This document shows, one piece after another, positions 15,190-24,643 of a DNA stretch of 32,000 nucleotides. The translations under genes and the position numbers were made by a program. Origin of the DNA: Candidatus Pacearchaeota archaeon (GTDB lineage Archaea; Nanobdellota; Nanobdellia; Pacearchaeales; UBA284); NCBI GenBank assembly GCA_026016245.1, contig CP061211.1, forward strand, positions 90,001 through 122,000. Reading direction: 5' to 3'. The notes under the pieces were generated by a model. It did no database searches. It was not told where the DNA came from and saw nothing but the letters and a program-made list of their open reading frames with translations. The first letter of the stretch is position 1, and every line of letters begins with the position of its first letter.

Positions 15190-16101
15190 TTATTTTATCC
15201 TATCTTTGAGTGCAGCATGAATTAAAGGCAGGGCAATAGTGGCATCACAGAAAACATCCACAAATTTTGCTCTTGCTGCCATTTTTCCCCAACTTATACC
15301 TTCTTTAAGAGGAGCCCCACTGCTGCCTCCTGGTTCTGGCCTGTCTGTTGTTATCTGAACCCCATATATTGCAGGACGAGTGAATTGCATTGTCTGCTGT
15401 ATGAAGTTTTTTGGAACGCCTCCCCCAATATAGAAAACAGCAGTCTTTTTTGACTGCCACGAGAGCTCGATAATATCATGAACATCTCTGAAAAAATCAA
15501 GGTTAATTTTCTTTTTTCTTATTAGCTGGCCCCAAATCATTAAACCTATACCAGAATCTGTAAGAGCTGGACAGAAAATAGGAATTTTTTTCTTGTAACA
15601 TGTTTGTAAAATAGATCTTTTTTTAACTAAGGAACCTAATTTCCATAAAAATTCTTTTGGACTTTTGGCTTTTGAGAGATAATTGAAATTTTTTGTAAAG
15701 AAATCCTCTATTTTTCCATAAACCTGATTTTTCATCAACACATTGTAAATCCTATCTATCCCTTTTTTGTTTAATTCTTTATCATCAAGTTTTTCTGTTC
15801 TTTTATAGTGCTTAAATCCAAGAGCTTCAATTAAATCATGTGTTAAATTAGCTCCTGTTGTAACAAAAATATCTATATAATTTTGCTCTAACATATCTAT
15901 AATAATTTCTTTCATTCCTCCTGGCACTAAAGCTCCTGCAAATCCTAAGAAAAGTTTACATTCTTTATCCTTGATAGACTGTTCAAGAATATTTGTGGCT
16001 TGACTAAGATGACGAGCTCCAAAACCACAGCTGGCCATGTCCTTAATAATTTTGCTTGCTTTCTCTCCTTTTGTTATTTTTATGTGTTTTATAGGCTCCA
16101 T
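15190..16101 (-). CDS. dys: Deoxyhypusine synthase
   Basis: 303 aa. Contains LGFAGALVPGGMKEII, DIFVTTGANLTHDL, YIGGGVPKNF and GGSSGAPLKEGISWGK, the archaeal DHS pattern. Confidence 0.9.
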   Translation of the reverse strand: MEPIKHIKITKGEKASKIIKDMASCGFGARHLSQATNILEQSIKDKECKLFLGFAGALVPGGMKEIIIDMLEQNYIDIFVTTGANLTHDLIEALGFKHYKRTEKLDDKELNKKGIDRIYNVLMKNQVYGKIEDFFTKNFNYLSKAKSPKEFLWKLGSLVKKRSILQTCYKKKIPIFCPALTDSGIGLMIWGQLIRKKKINLDFFRDVHDIIELSWQSKKTAVFYIGGGVPKNFIQQTMQFTRPAIYGVQITTDRPEPGGSSGAPLKEGISWGKMAARAKFVDVFCDATIALPLIHAALKDRIK

Positions 16102-16148
16102 GTTTCAGTTAGAAGGCTTGCTATTATAAATTTTTCTAGAATAAAAGA

Positions 16149-18563
16149 CTATGGATTAAAAGCATCATCTACTGCTTCTCTAATCATCCCAACTGAATCT
16201 ATGTTCGCGCTTATGCTTGTTATTCCTAGTTGTGTTAGGAATCGTGCCATTGCTGGAGTTGAGCCAGCTTGTCCGCATATAGATGTTTGAACATTATATT
16301 TCTGGCACACTTGGATGACTTTGGAAATCTGGCCTAAAACTCCTGGATGCATTTCACTATATATTCTTGCAAGTCTTTCATTATTCCTGTCAATGCCGAG
16401 AGTTAATTGTGTTAAGTCATTTGTTCCAAAGCTTATGAAATCTATGCCCTCTTTGCAAAGCTCTTCAATAATCCAGCATGATGCAGGAGTTTCAATCATT
16501 ACCCCAAATTCAACATCTTTTCCTGGTTCTAAGCCAATTGAATTCATCATTGCCTTAGCTTTTTTTAGTTCATCAGTGTTTATTATAAAAGGAATCATCA
16601 CTCCAATATTTTTGTAGCCTTTATCATGTAATTTTTTTATTGCATGGAATTCAGCTTTGAGAATTTCTGGTTCATCTAAACCTCTTCTTATACCATGCCA
16701 TCCAATCATAGAATTATCTTCACGAGGTTCATTATTTGCTCCTTCAAGTCCTTTATATTCATCTGTTCTTATATCACTTGTTCTGACCCATACAGGCTTG
16801 CCTCTAAATGCCTCAGCTATCTTTTCAATACCTTCAACAAGAAGATCTGTGTATTTTTCTTGCTCTTCTCTCCTTATGAATTCAGCAGGATGAATACCTC
16901 CTTGTGCTATTATGAATTCTAATCTAATGAGGCCAACACCATCTGCTTCTGTGGCAGCAGCTCTTTCAACTACATCAGGAAGATCACAATTAACTTTAAC
17001 AAGAGGCTTCTTTCTTTCGAACTTTTTCTCCCTGAGCTCTTCATAAGCTTCTTTGACTTGTTTTGGTATTGTTGGTATCTCTGGTTTTGGTTTTGGAATT
17101 TCTACAGCTATAGATGGCTTTACTACTTCTTCTTTTTCTATCTTCCCTTCATAGATTTTTCCGTTTGTTCCATCTACAGTGATTATTTGGCCGTCTTTAA
17201 GTTTTTGAGTGGCAGTTCTTGTTCCTACAACAGCAGGAACTCCTACTTCTCTTGAGATTATAGCTGCATGGCACGTCAATCCGCCTTCATCTGTAACAAT
17301 GGCTGAGGATTTTTGCATTGTAACAACCATATCAGGGTTTGTCATTCGCGTTACAAGAACATCTCCTTTTTGTATTTTCGATAAGTCTTTGAGATTATAA
17401 ATTATTTTTACAGTTCCACTTGCCATGCCAGGTGAGGCTGCTAATCCTTTAAGAAGTTCTGGAATCTCTATTTTTTCTACTTCTTTTACTTTCTTTTCAA
17501 TTGTTGTGACTGGCCTGCTCTGAACAATGTAGACTTTACCACCCTCTATAGCCCATTCAATATCTTGTGGCCATTTGTAATGCTCTTCTATTTTAACAGA
17601 ATAATTGGCTAAGCTTCTGAGTTCATGACCATCTAAAACTTGCTGATCCCACACTTCCTCTGGTAGCTCTTTTTTTATTGTCTCTCCTGTGCCAGCCCTC
17701 ATGAAAGAGATTTTCTTTTTTCCTATTCTCTTTGTTTTTGGTCTGAGTGTTTTTTTATCAATAACATAATTATCTGGCTCTATTGCTCCTGAAACAATTC
17801 CCTCTCCTAAGCCAAAAACTGCTTCTATGATTATTTCATTTTTATTATTTGTCATAGGATTGATTGTGAAAGTGACTCCAGATTTTTCAGAATTAATCAT
17901 TTTTTGCACTATTACAGCTATAAAACTATTCTCATGACTAAATCCTTTTCTTGTTCTGTAATAAGTTGCTCTGGCTGTGAATAAAGAAGCCCAACATTTT
18001 TTAATTGATTCTAGAAGATCCTTATTTCCTTTTATATTAACATAAGTTTCTTGTTGTCCTGCAAATGAAGCTGTTGCTAGATCTTCAGTTGTTGCAGAGC
18101 TTCTGACAGCAACAAAACATGGCTCTCTCGAAGCTGTTATAATTCGCATCACGTCAGCTGAAGCTTCTTCTAGAGCTGATCTATCTACATTAATGTTTGA
18201 ATAAGCTTCTATTATAGCTTTAGCAAGTTCTTGTGGCATTTCTGCTGTTATTATAATCTCTCTTATTTCTTTTGCTTTAGCTTCAAGTTCAGCTGTATTT
18301 TCCAGATCAATTCCATTAGCTATTTCTAGAATCTTATCCCTGATTTTACTTTCATTGAGAAATTTTTGATAAGCTTGGGCAGTTACTATGAATGCTGGAG
18401 GAACTGGCAAATCAATATTGTACATTTCTGCAAGATTAGCTCCTTTGCCACCAGCTATAGCAACATCATTCTTGCCTATTTCAGAAAGCCATACAATATT
18501 TCTAGAGCTATCAACAATTTTTTGTGGCTCTGATTCTTGCCACCTTTCTTTTTCTTTTTCCAT
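16149..18563 (-). CDS. ppsA: Phosphoenolpyruvate synthase (pyruvate, water dikinase)
   Basis: 804 aa. N-terminal ATP-grasp region (GGKGANLAEM, VAVRSSATTEDL, SFAGQQETY), phosphohistidine domain (TDEGGLTCHAAIISREVGVPAVVG) and C-terminal PEP-utilising TIM barrel (FISFGTNDLTQL). Confidence 0.96.
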   Translation of the reverse strand: MEKEKERWQESEPQKIVDSSRNIVWLSEIGKNDVAIAGGKGANLAEMYNIDLPVPPAFIVTAQAYQKFLNESKIRDKILEIANGIDLENTAELEAKAKEIREIIITAEMPQELAKAIIEAYSNINVDRSALEEASADVMRIITASREPCFVAVRSSATTEDLATASFAGQQETYVNIKGNKDLLESIKKCWASLFTARATYYRTRKGFSHENSFIAVIVQKMINSEKSGVTFTINPMTNNKNEIIIEAVFGLGEGIVSGAIEPDNYVIDKKTLRPKTKRIGKKKISFMRAGTGETIKKELPEEVWDQQVLDGHELRSLANYSVKIEEHYKWPQDIEWAIEGGKVYIVQSRPVTTIEKKVKEVEKIEIPELLKGLAASPGMASGTVKIIYNLKDLSKIQKGDVLVTRMTNPDMVVTMQKSSAIVTDEGGLTCHAAIISREVGVPAVVGTRTATQKLKDGQIITVDGTNGKIYEGKIEKEEVVKPSIAVEIPKPKPEIPTIPKQVKEAYEELREKKFERKKPLVKVNCDLPDVVERAAATEADGVGLIRLEFIIAQGGIHPAEFIRREEQEKYTDLLVEGIEKIAEAFRGKPVWVRTSDIRTDEYKGLEGANNEPREDNSMIGWHGIRRGLDEPEILKAEFHAIKKLHDKGYKNIGVMIPFIINTDELKKAKAMMNSIGLEPGKDVEFGVMIETPASCWIIEELCKEGIDFISFGTNDLTQLTLGIDRNNERLARIYSEMHPGVLGQISKVIQVCQKYNVQTSICGQAGSTPAMARFLTQLGITSISANIDSVGMIREAVDDAFNP

Positions 18564-18577
18564 CCTCTTTTATTCTA

Positions 18578-19111
18578 TTATCTTATTTTTTCAACTCTAA
18601 TGGATTTTTTTCCAGGGATTTTTGGCCTGACTTTTGAGAAAATAGTTCGGACAGTAGGTAACATTTCTTTATCGCAAGCTATGGTAAAAATCTTGCCACC
18701 AGCTTTGATTCTTGCAGCTATTCCTACTGGCTTACCAAATGAAAGCTGCATTCCTGTCTGCATTCTATCTGCTCCTGCTCCAGTCAACATCTTATTCTCT
18801 CGTAGGACATGGTGGGGATAAGCACTAACAGAAAAATAATAAGATCCTTTCAATTTTTTTTCAAGGTGTCTATGTATCATTTGTCTGGAAGCTTCGATAG
18901 CATTATCCCTTATTTGCACTGGTTCTAATGTAATGAGGGAAATGTTGAAAAGATACTTTTTTTTAAAAAAACCTTTAATGTCACCCATAACAAATTTGGC
19001 GATTTTCATGGCTGGGATTGTTTTCAGATAGCTCTTACTTTTAACTTTACTCTTACGAGTGTATGGACGCTTGTTAATTTTGTTATAACATCGACCTTTT
19101 CTCAATCCCAT
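18578..19111 (-). CDS. rpl10e: 50S ribosomal protein L10e (uL16)
   Basis: 177 aa starting MGLRKGRCYNKINKRPYTRKS, with GAGADRMQTGMQLSFGKPVG, both typical of L10e. Confidence 0.95.
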   Translation of the reverse strand: MGLRKGRCYNKINKRPYTRKSKVKSKSYLKTIPAMKIAKFVMGDIKGFFKKKYLFNISLITLEPVQIRDNAIEASRQMIHRHLEKKLKGSYYFSVSAYPHHVLRENKMLTGAGADRMQTGMQLSFGKPVGIAARIKAGGKIFTIACDKEMLPTVRTIFSKVRPKIPGKKSIRVEKIR

Positions 19112-19182
19112 CTTAAATTTTTTCCTTTAAAATGGTAAGAAAGAGAGATTTTTAAACTTTTTTAAATTTATCGAGGTTAAAA

Positions 19183-21096
19183 TTAATCAAAAATATGTAT
19201 GATTGTTGCTATAATTTTTGTGAAAATGTCAACATCTCTTATTGTAAAAAGGAATTCTTTTTCTGTCTCATATTCTTTGTATTTTTTATCTTGATATCTG
19301 AAAGTAATTTTTACAGGATTTTCACCTATTTCAAGTTTCCAAGTCTTTATTGGTATGTCTATTACTTGCGTATCTTTTTCTGTCAAGATTTCTTTTTTTT
19401 CCATATACTCTTGTGTTTCTATTATCATCTCAGCAGTCATTTGTGTATTTGACTCTATTACTGCTCTAAGATTACCTTTACTACCATAATTAGCTTCAGT
19501 ATTCTGTAGAGTGGTTATTTTAATCTCAGGACTATCTAGGATTACTATATCGATGCAAGAAACACCTATAACATCCCTTTTTTCCTTGGCTATAATACAT
19601 AAAATAAGACATTTCATTACACTTATGTCTTTTTTTTCACTCTCATTTATTTGTGAGGCGGGAATTTCAAGAGTTATATTTTTTTTCTCGTCTTTATTGA
19701 TTGTAAAATTTTCGCAGATGTTTTGATTGCATATGGAAAGTTCTTTTCTTTCCTCTCTGTTCTCAACAATACATTCCACAATCATGTTTTCATATTCATA
19801 ATAAGATTCTCCTAGAACTTTACAGTAAAAATCTATGTCTGCTTCTGTGTCATAAAGCGAGATAAAATGCTGTGCTTCACTTAAACTTATTCTAGTGGCT
19901 CCTTTTTTAAATATCACTATAGTATTGTCAAAGTTTTCAAAAACATCCTTTACTTCTAGAGTTGCTATACAACTATCCTGGCATTTCTCATAATTTTCTG
20001 AAGCCACGTAAATAATGAAATAATCTGTTACCTCACTTTGGGGTTTTAGCAGAAGGATTTTTTCACTTTCACCAAAAACTCCTGGAGCAAGTGAAACTCG
20101 GAAAGGTAGGGCAAGATAATAATTATGAGGATTTTTAACTTTTATTTCTAGAGGCAAGTATGAATCTGTTGAGATTTTATCTGTTAATGGATTTATTGTT
20201 ATGTCTATTGGCTGTGTAATTTTCTTACTATATTTTTTTATCTTTGTTTCTATTTCCAAGCTCTGTGTTTCTATCTCACCAATATATCTAAAATCTATTG
20301 AAGCTCTTCCAGCATCATTACTATACATCATGACAACATGACTTGAATCTAACCATCCATACTGGCCGAAAGTGGGATCAAAAGGAACCCAATCATGGCC
20401 AGGAATCCAGACTTCAGCCCATGCATGTTCCCCACATCTTTTTTCTTTGTTTGAATAAGCCATACCACTCACATATCTTGTTGCTAGGCCTAAAGACCTT
20501 GCTAAGGACATGAATAAGATAGTATAATGGGAACAGACTCCTTTCTTCTCTTGCATAATCCAACTTGCATTCTTGATTTCTTGATATTCTGGATCATATT
20601 CCATATTCTTCCTTACATATTCTGCCAGTTTGTATAATGTCTCAAAAGTATCTGTTGTGGCAAGTTGCTGAGCTTTGTTTTTTATAAAAGGGTCATCATT
20701 CAGAACATATTCTGCAGATTCAGTAAATTCTTCAAGGCCATCAGGAGATTTAGCCCCAGAAATATGAATCTTACCAACTCTTTTAATAACAATTTCTCTC
20801 TTAATCTCAGCATTAATTTCAAGCTTAAGAGTTCCTGTCTCTTCAAATTCAAATTCTATGCTGTCATCTTTTATTTCAGAATCTGGTTCTGTTATTAGAG
20901 TAACTTGCTGGTTTGCTGTTTCTTTAGGAAAAAGATAGAGGTTAACTATTATGTTTTCAGCCTCGCTTTGAATAATATTAGAAATTTTTATTGATAACTC
21001 AAGTTCTCCATAAATTGGGGAAAATTCTTCTGCGCTAACAAACCAAACAGAAAAAAGAAGAACAAAAATCAAAAAAAAGATAATTTTTCTTTTCAT
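19183..21096 (-). CDS. Secreted or anchored transglutaminase-like (Cys-His-Asp) domain protein
   Basis: 637 aa. Signal/anchor KIIFFLIFVLLFSVWFVSA. Transglutaminase core GVCSHYTILFMSLARSLGLATRYVSG…GEHAWAEVWIPGHDWVPFDPT. Long beta-rich C-terminal region. Confidence 0.8.
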   Translation of the reverse strand: MKRKIIFFLIFVLLFSVWFVSAEEFSPIYGELELSIKISNIIQSEAENIIVNLYLFPKETANQQVTLITEPDSEIKDDSIEFEFEETGTLKLEINAEIKREIVIKRVGKIHISGAKSPDGLEEFTESAEYVLNDDPFIKNKAQQLATTDTFETLYKLAEYVRKNMEYDPEYQEIKNASWIMQEKKGVCSHYTILFMSLARSLGLATRYVSGMAYSNKEKRCGEHAWAEVWIPGHDWVPFDPTFGQYGWLDSSHVVMMYSNDAGRASIDFRYIGEIETQSLEIETKIKKYSKKITQPIDITINPLTDKISTDSYLPLEIKVKNPHNYYLALPFRVSLAPGVFGESEKILLLKPQSEVTDYFIIYVASENYEKCQDSCIATLEVKDVFENFDNTIVIFKKGATRISLSEAQHFISLYDTEADIDFYCKVLGESYYEYENMIVECIVENREERKELSICNQNICENFTINKDEKKNITLEIPASQINESEKKDISVMKCLILCIIAKEKRDVIGVSCIDIVILDSPEIKITTLQNTEANYGSKGNLRAVIESNTQMTAEMIIETQEYMEKKEILTEKDTQVIDIPIKTWKLEIGENPVKITFRYQDKKYKEYETEKEFLFTIRDVDIFTKIIATIIHIFD

Positions 21097-21100
21097 TGTT

Positions 21101-22144
21101 TTATTTTTTAATTAACTCAAATAATTTATCTCTAAATTTCGGCAGATCCTCCACACTAAGAGAGGCTCCTGAAGCTTTTTCATGTCCTCCACTTGTACTT
21201 TCTATTCCTTCTAAGGCCTTGGCAATTAAATCCCTGACATTTATATTCCCTCTGATAGAAATATTAGCTTTTGTTCCTTTAATATATGCCACAACAACAA
21301 TTCTGTCTGGGTAAAAATAAGAAAGTTCATTAGAAAGTTCACTGCTTAGACTTAACTCGCCGCCATACTGAAAGAAAAGAAGCTTTTTGCTTGTTCTTGC
21401 TATATCTCTTGCCCTGCTTAATATCTTCTCATACTTTTTATTAATCTGCTTGTATCTTCTATGTATTGATGATGTTTTTATTGTAATGTCAAGAATTTCA
21501 CGAGGATTTTTTAAAGTCAGAAGGTTTTTAAGCATCTTCACAACAATACTTGTCCTGTCTTTAAGAGCAAAACTTAGCATTTTCACAATGCGGCCAATTT
21601 CAGTCTCATATAATGCTTTTGCAGGATCTTTTGTTAGGATAAAAAGATCAGGATATTCTTTAGAAAATGATTCATCAAATTCTGGAATATACCAGTCAGC
21701 TAAACAGCCTATCATTGATATCCATTCATCCTCTTTTCTTTTTGTGATTTTGTAAGCCCAGTAAGAAGTTGGCTCATTACTTGGTTTATTTTGCAAAGGA
21801 TTAAAATAAAAAATTCCTTCTTCATTAGTATAATCTGGAGCAGGATGATGATCAAGCCATATAATAGGCACTCCAAATTCCCTGGCAGAATCTCTAAAAC
21901 CTTTCTCTATCAGCGGCTTATCAAGGACAAAAACATAATCTGGTTTAAATTCATACAATCGCCTAGCATGAGAAACACTTAGATCAGGAAAACTTTTTAT
22001 TGCAACACCTTTACCTTTTCCACAAAATCTCGCCAAAAGTAAAAAAGAAGCTAGGCCATCAACATCATTATCAAAAAGAAATAAAGGATTTTGGGCTTTC
22101 TCTAAAAAATCTCTGAATTTTTCTATTTGTTTTGGAGTCAGCAT
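21101..22144 (-). CDS. DHH/DHHA1-family phosphoesterase (stand-alone NrnA/DhhP-like; candidate c-di-AMP / nanoRNA phosphodiesterase)
   Basis: 347 aa. Motifs FDNDVDGLAS (DxD), IIWLDHHP (DHH) and SGGHEKASGA (the DHHA1 GGH motif). The start is 3 bp after the disA stop. Confidence 0.85.
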   Translation of the reverse strand: MLTPKQIEKFRDFLEKAQNPLFLFDNDVDGLASFLLLARFCGKGKGVAIKSFPDLSVSHARRLYEFKPDYVFVLDKPLIEKGFRDSAREFGVPIIWLDHHPAPDYTNEEGIFYFNPLQNKPSNEPTSYWAYKITKRKEDEWISMIGCLADWYIPEFDESFSKEYPDLFILTKDPAKALYETEIGRIVKMLSFALKDRTSIVVKMLKNLLTLKNPREILDITIKTSSIHRRYKQINKKYEKILSRARDIARTSKKLLFFQYGGELSLSSELSNELSYFYPDRIVVVAYIKGTKANISIRGNINVRDLIAKALEGIESTSGGHEKASGASLSVEDLPKFRDKLFELIKK

Positions 22145-22147
22145 TTT

Positions 22148-23254
22148 TTAAATTCTCTTTCCAACTAGAACTTGCTCTTTTAATTTTTTTAACTCTTTAA
22201 TCAATTTGTTTGCATCTTTTTCTCCTATAACTCTTGTGATTTTATCTGGTTCTGTTTCTATTGTGTTAAGTATTGATGGGAAATTTTTGAAATATCCTAT
22301 CAGAGTATCTTTTGATTCCTGGCTTACAGAGACTTTTGATAAAAGTCTATAGCCTATAGGCATTACAGGATCTGAAGGACTTGAATAAAGTAATACTCTT
22401 ATAATATTTTCTGATTCAAGAACCTCGTTGAAATTTAAAGTAGCCAGGGCTGTCTTTGTAAATTCCCAGTTTCTACTGTAATCCATAAGCAAGAGATTTT
22501 TTTCTTTATCAACTCCTTTAATAACTTCTTTAAGCAAAATTTCCACAAGATTTCCTTCATTTCCAAGTTCAATCAAATATTTTTTTATTGTTTCTGCAAT
22601 TCTAGAAATAATTTCCATCTTTTGAATACAGGAAATAATGTCTCTAAGACTTTCAAAATTAGCAAATTCAAGCACATTCAAATTTACAAGCAATTCATTA
22701 AGTATTTCTCTATGCTTCTCTAACATTCTCAAAGTCTCAACAGTCTTGCTAAGAACTCTTTCAGTATTCCTTAAGGCATATTTGGTATTTTTATAATACA
22801 GATTTATTGTTTTTCTTCTTTCAGAGACTGCTATAACTGGCCTGGAAGTCTGTTTTGCTGTTCTTTCAGCAGCCTTGTGTCTTGTACCTGTTTCATGAGT
22901 TTCAATATTATGATCTGGAACAAGTAAGGTATTACAATAAACAATCTTTTTTAAGTCATCTGATAAAATAATGGCTCCATCCATCTTACTAAGCTCAACA
23001 AGTTTCTGTGGTGTAAATTTACAATCAATCTTAAAACCACCATTTGTAGTTTTAAGTACTTCTTGACTGTCACCAACGACAATCAAAGAACCCATGCTGG
23101 CTTTGACCATATCATCAATAGCTGTTCTTAATTTTGTGCCTGGTCTTACTAGTTTAACTATCTCAAAAAGTTCATCGAGATCTCGTTCACGTCTTTCACG
23201 CTCAGCCTCCCTTTCAGCTTCTTTTTTTATTTCTTCTTTTTCTTGGGTATTCAT
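22148..23254 (-). CDS. disA: DisA-type diadenylate cyclase (DNA integrity scanning protein)
   Basis: 368 aa. DAC domain motifs GSLIVVGDS, DGAIILSDD and HETGTRHKAAERTAKQT, with SRPVIAVSERR. This is followed by a helical linker and a C-terminal HhH-like region (LLSKV…GYFKNF…I). There is an extra highly charged ~35-aa N-terminal extension. Confidence 0.9.
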   Translation of the reverse strand: MNTQEKEEIKKEAEREAERERRERDLDELFEIVKLVRPGTKLRTAIDDMVKASMGSLIVVGDSQEVLKTTNGGFKIDCKFTPQKLVELSKMDGAIILSDDLKKIVYCNTLLVPDHNIETHETGTRHKAAERTAKQTSRPVIAVSERRKTINLYYKNTKYALRNTERVLSKTVETLRMLEKHREILNELLVNLNVLEFANFESLRDIISCIQKMEIISRIAETIKKYLIELGNEGNLVEILLKEVIKGVDKEKNLLLMDYSRNWEFTKTALATLNFNEVLESENIIRVLLYSSPSDPVMPIGYRLLSKVSVSQESKDTLIGYFKNFPSILNTIETEPDKITRVIGEKDANKLIKELKKLKEQVLVGKRI

Positions 23255-24246
23255 CTTAATTTTAATAATTTCAAGGCTTCTTTAAATATAGCTTCTTCTT
23301 CATTAGCTTTAATTACAAATACTTTGAATTTTGGTAAAAATTTTAGATAACTTAGCACTTTTTGTCTGACTGGCTTGGAAGCTTCTCCAATGCCGCCAGA
23401 GAATGCCAAAACATCTATCCCATTAAGAGCAGCAGTATAAGAAGCTATGTACTTAGCAATATTATAACAAAAAAATTCAAAAGCAAGCTTATATTTTTTG
23501 CTTCTCCTTCTTGCCACTATTTTTTCGACATCTGTTATTCCACTTAAGGCAAAAAGACCAGATTTCTTATTAAGCATCTTTTCTACATTCCTGAAACTAA
23601 ATTTTTCTATAAGAAATAATATAATCCCAGGATCAATACTGCCACTTCTCGTAACCATGCAAGGACCTTCTAAAGGAGTTAAACCCATGCTAGTATCTAC
23701 AGCCTTGCCATTCAAAACAGCACTAATACTGCAACCTGCACCAAGATGGCATGTTACAATCCTTAAATTTTTCTTTCTCATTTGCTTTAAAATTTGTTCA
23801 CTTACATACTGATGATTTATTCCATGAAAACCATAACGCCTTATTTTATATTTTTTTAATATCTTAGAAGGCAAGGCATAAGTCTTAGTTTTTTCAGGAA
23901 GCTCAGAAAAGAAAGCAGTATCAAAAACTCCTATTTGTTTTATTCCAAACTTTCTACAGATTTCAATAGTCCTAATTTCGTGAGGATTATGTAATGGAGC
24001 AAATCTCGAGTATTTTTTTATTTTTTTCAGAATAGAAGGAGTAATAAAACAAGGTTTACTTATTGGGCCTCCATGAACAATCCTATGGACTATGATATCT
24101 GGATTAAACTTCCCAACAATTTTTTCTATAATTTTTCTGTTTACTCTAGTGTAGATTATTTTCTTTTCTCTAACCTTATTATTTTCATAAAAAGCATACT
24201 TTATTGTTTTTGAGCCTATATTAAAGATTAAAATTTTTCTTTTCAT
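23251..24246 (-). CDS. ackA: Acetate (propionate) kinase, shortened form
   Basis: 331 aa. Motifs ILIFNIGSKTIKY, VHRIVHGG, FAPLHNP, FDTAFF, RRYGFHGINHQYV, VTCHLGAGCSISAV…VDTSMGLTPLEG, TRSGSIDPG, NKKSGL, FSGGIGE and ANEEEAI. The TGA overlaps the disA ATG (ATGA). Confidence 0.82.
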   Translation of the reverse strand: MKRKILIFNIGSKTIKYAFYENNKVREKKIIYTRVNRKIIEKIVGKFNPDIIVHRIVHGGPISKPCFITPSILKKIKKYSRFAPLHNPHEIRTIEICRKFGIKQIGVFDTAFFSELPEKTKTYALPSKILKKYKIRRYGFHGINHQYVSEQILKQMRKKNLRIVTCHLGAGCSISAVLNGKAVDTSMGLTPLEGPCMVTRSGSIDPGIILFLIEKFSFRNVEKMLNKKSGLFALSGITDVEKIVARRRSKKYKLAFEFFCYNIAKYIASYTAALNGIDVLAFSGGIGEASKPVRQKVLSYLKFLPKFKVFVIKANEEEAIFKEALKLLKLR

Positions 24247-24256
24247 CTTAATTTTT

Positions 24257-24640
24257 CTACTGAAATTTTCTTACAAGAGTTAAGTTTCCTTTTTCATCCC
24301 AAGCACCTAAACCAGTTGTGTCAAGAGCTTCTATTATTTTTCTTTTTGGAAATAACTTCTTAAGATTATAGACTCCAGCATCGCATGCAAGAACTATAGT
24401 CACATCTCCGTGTAGTTCATCTTTCTTTAACTGGTCAAAATCACAAGGAACTCCGATTAAATCCATATCAACCACCTTAAAGTCATCTTTTTTTAATTTT
24501 TCAGCCAGTTTTTTCATTTCTTTCTCACCACCAGTTTCACAAAGCTTGGCACAACTATTACACGAAACTATCCCTATTTTATCTTTTTTGTCTAATTGTG
24601 CCTTGATTAAGCCATAAGGTTTCAAAGCTGTTATTATCAT
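24257..24640 (-). CDS. Hypothetical small Cys-containing protein (127 aa) between pta and ackA
   Basis: Contains GIVSCNSCAKLCETGG, GVPCDFD and VLACDAG. These might bind a metal or cluster, but I do not recognise the family with confidence. Confidence 0.6.
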   Translation of the reverse strand: MIITALKPYGLIKAQLDKKDKIGIVSCNSCAKLCETGGEKEMKKLAEKLKKDDFKVVDMDLIGVPCDFDQLKKDELHGDVTIVLACDAGVYNLKKLFPKRKIIEALDTTGLGAWDEKGNLTLVRKFQ

Positions 24641-24643
24641 TTT

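Noticed and set aside
17040-17160. Lys/Pro/Glu-rich linker (…EIPKPKPEIPTIPKQVKEAYEELREKKFERKKP…) inside PEP synthase, considered as a possible insertion or intein remnant.
   Set aside because: It is short and in frame, and it has no intein splicing motifs such as Cys/Ser…HN-Cys. It sits at the normal flexible hinge between the phosphohistidine and PEP-binding domains.
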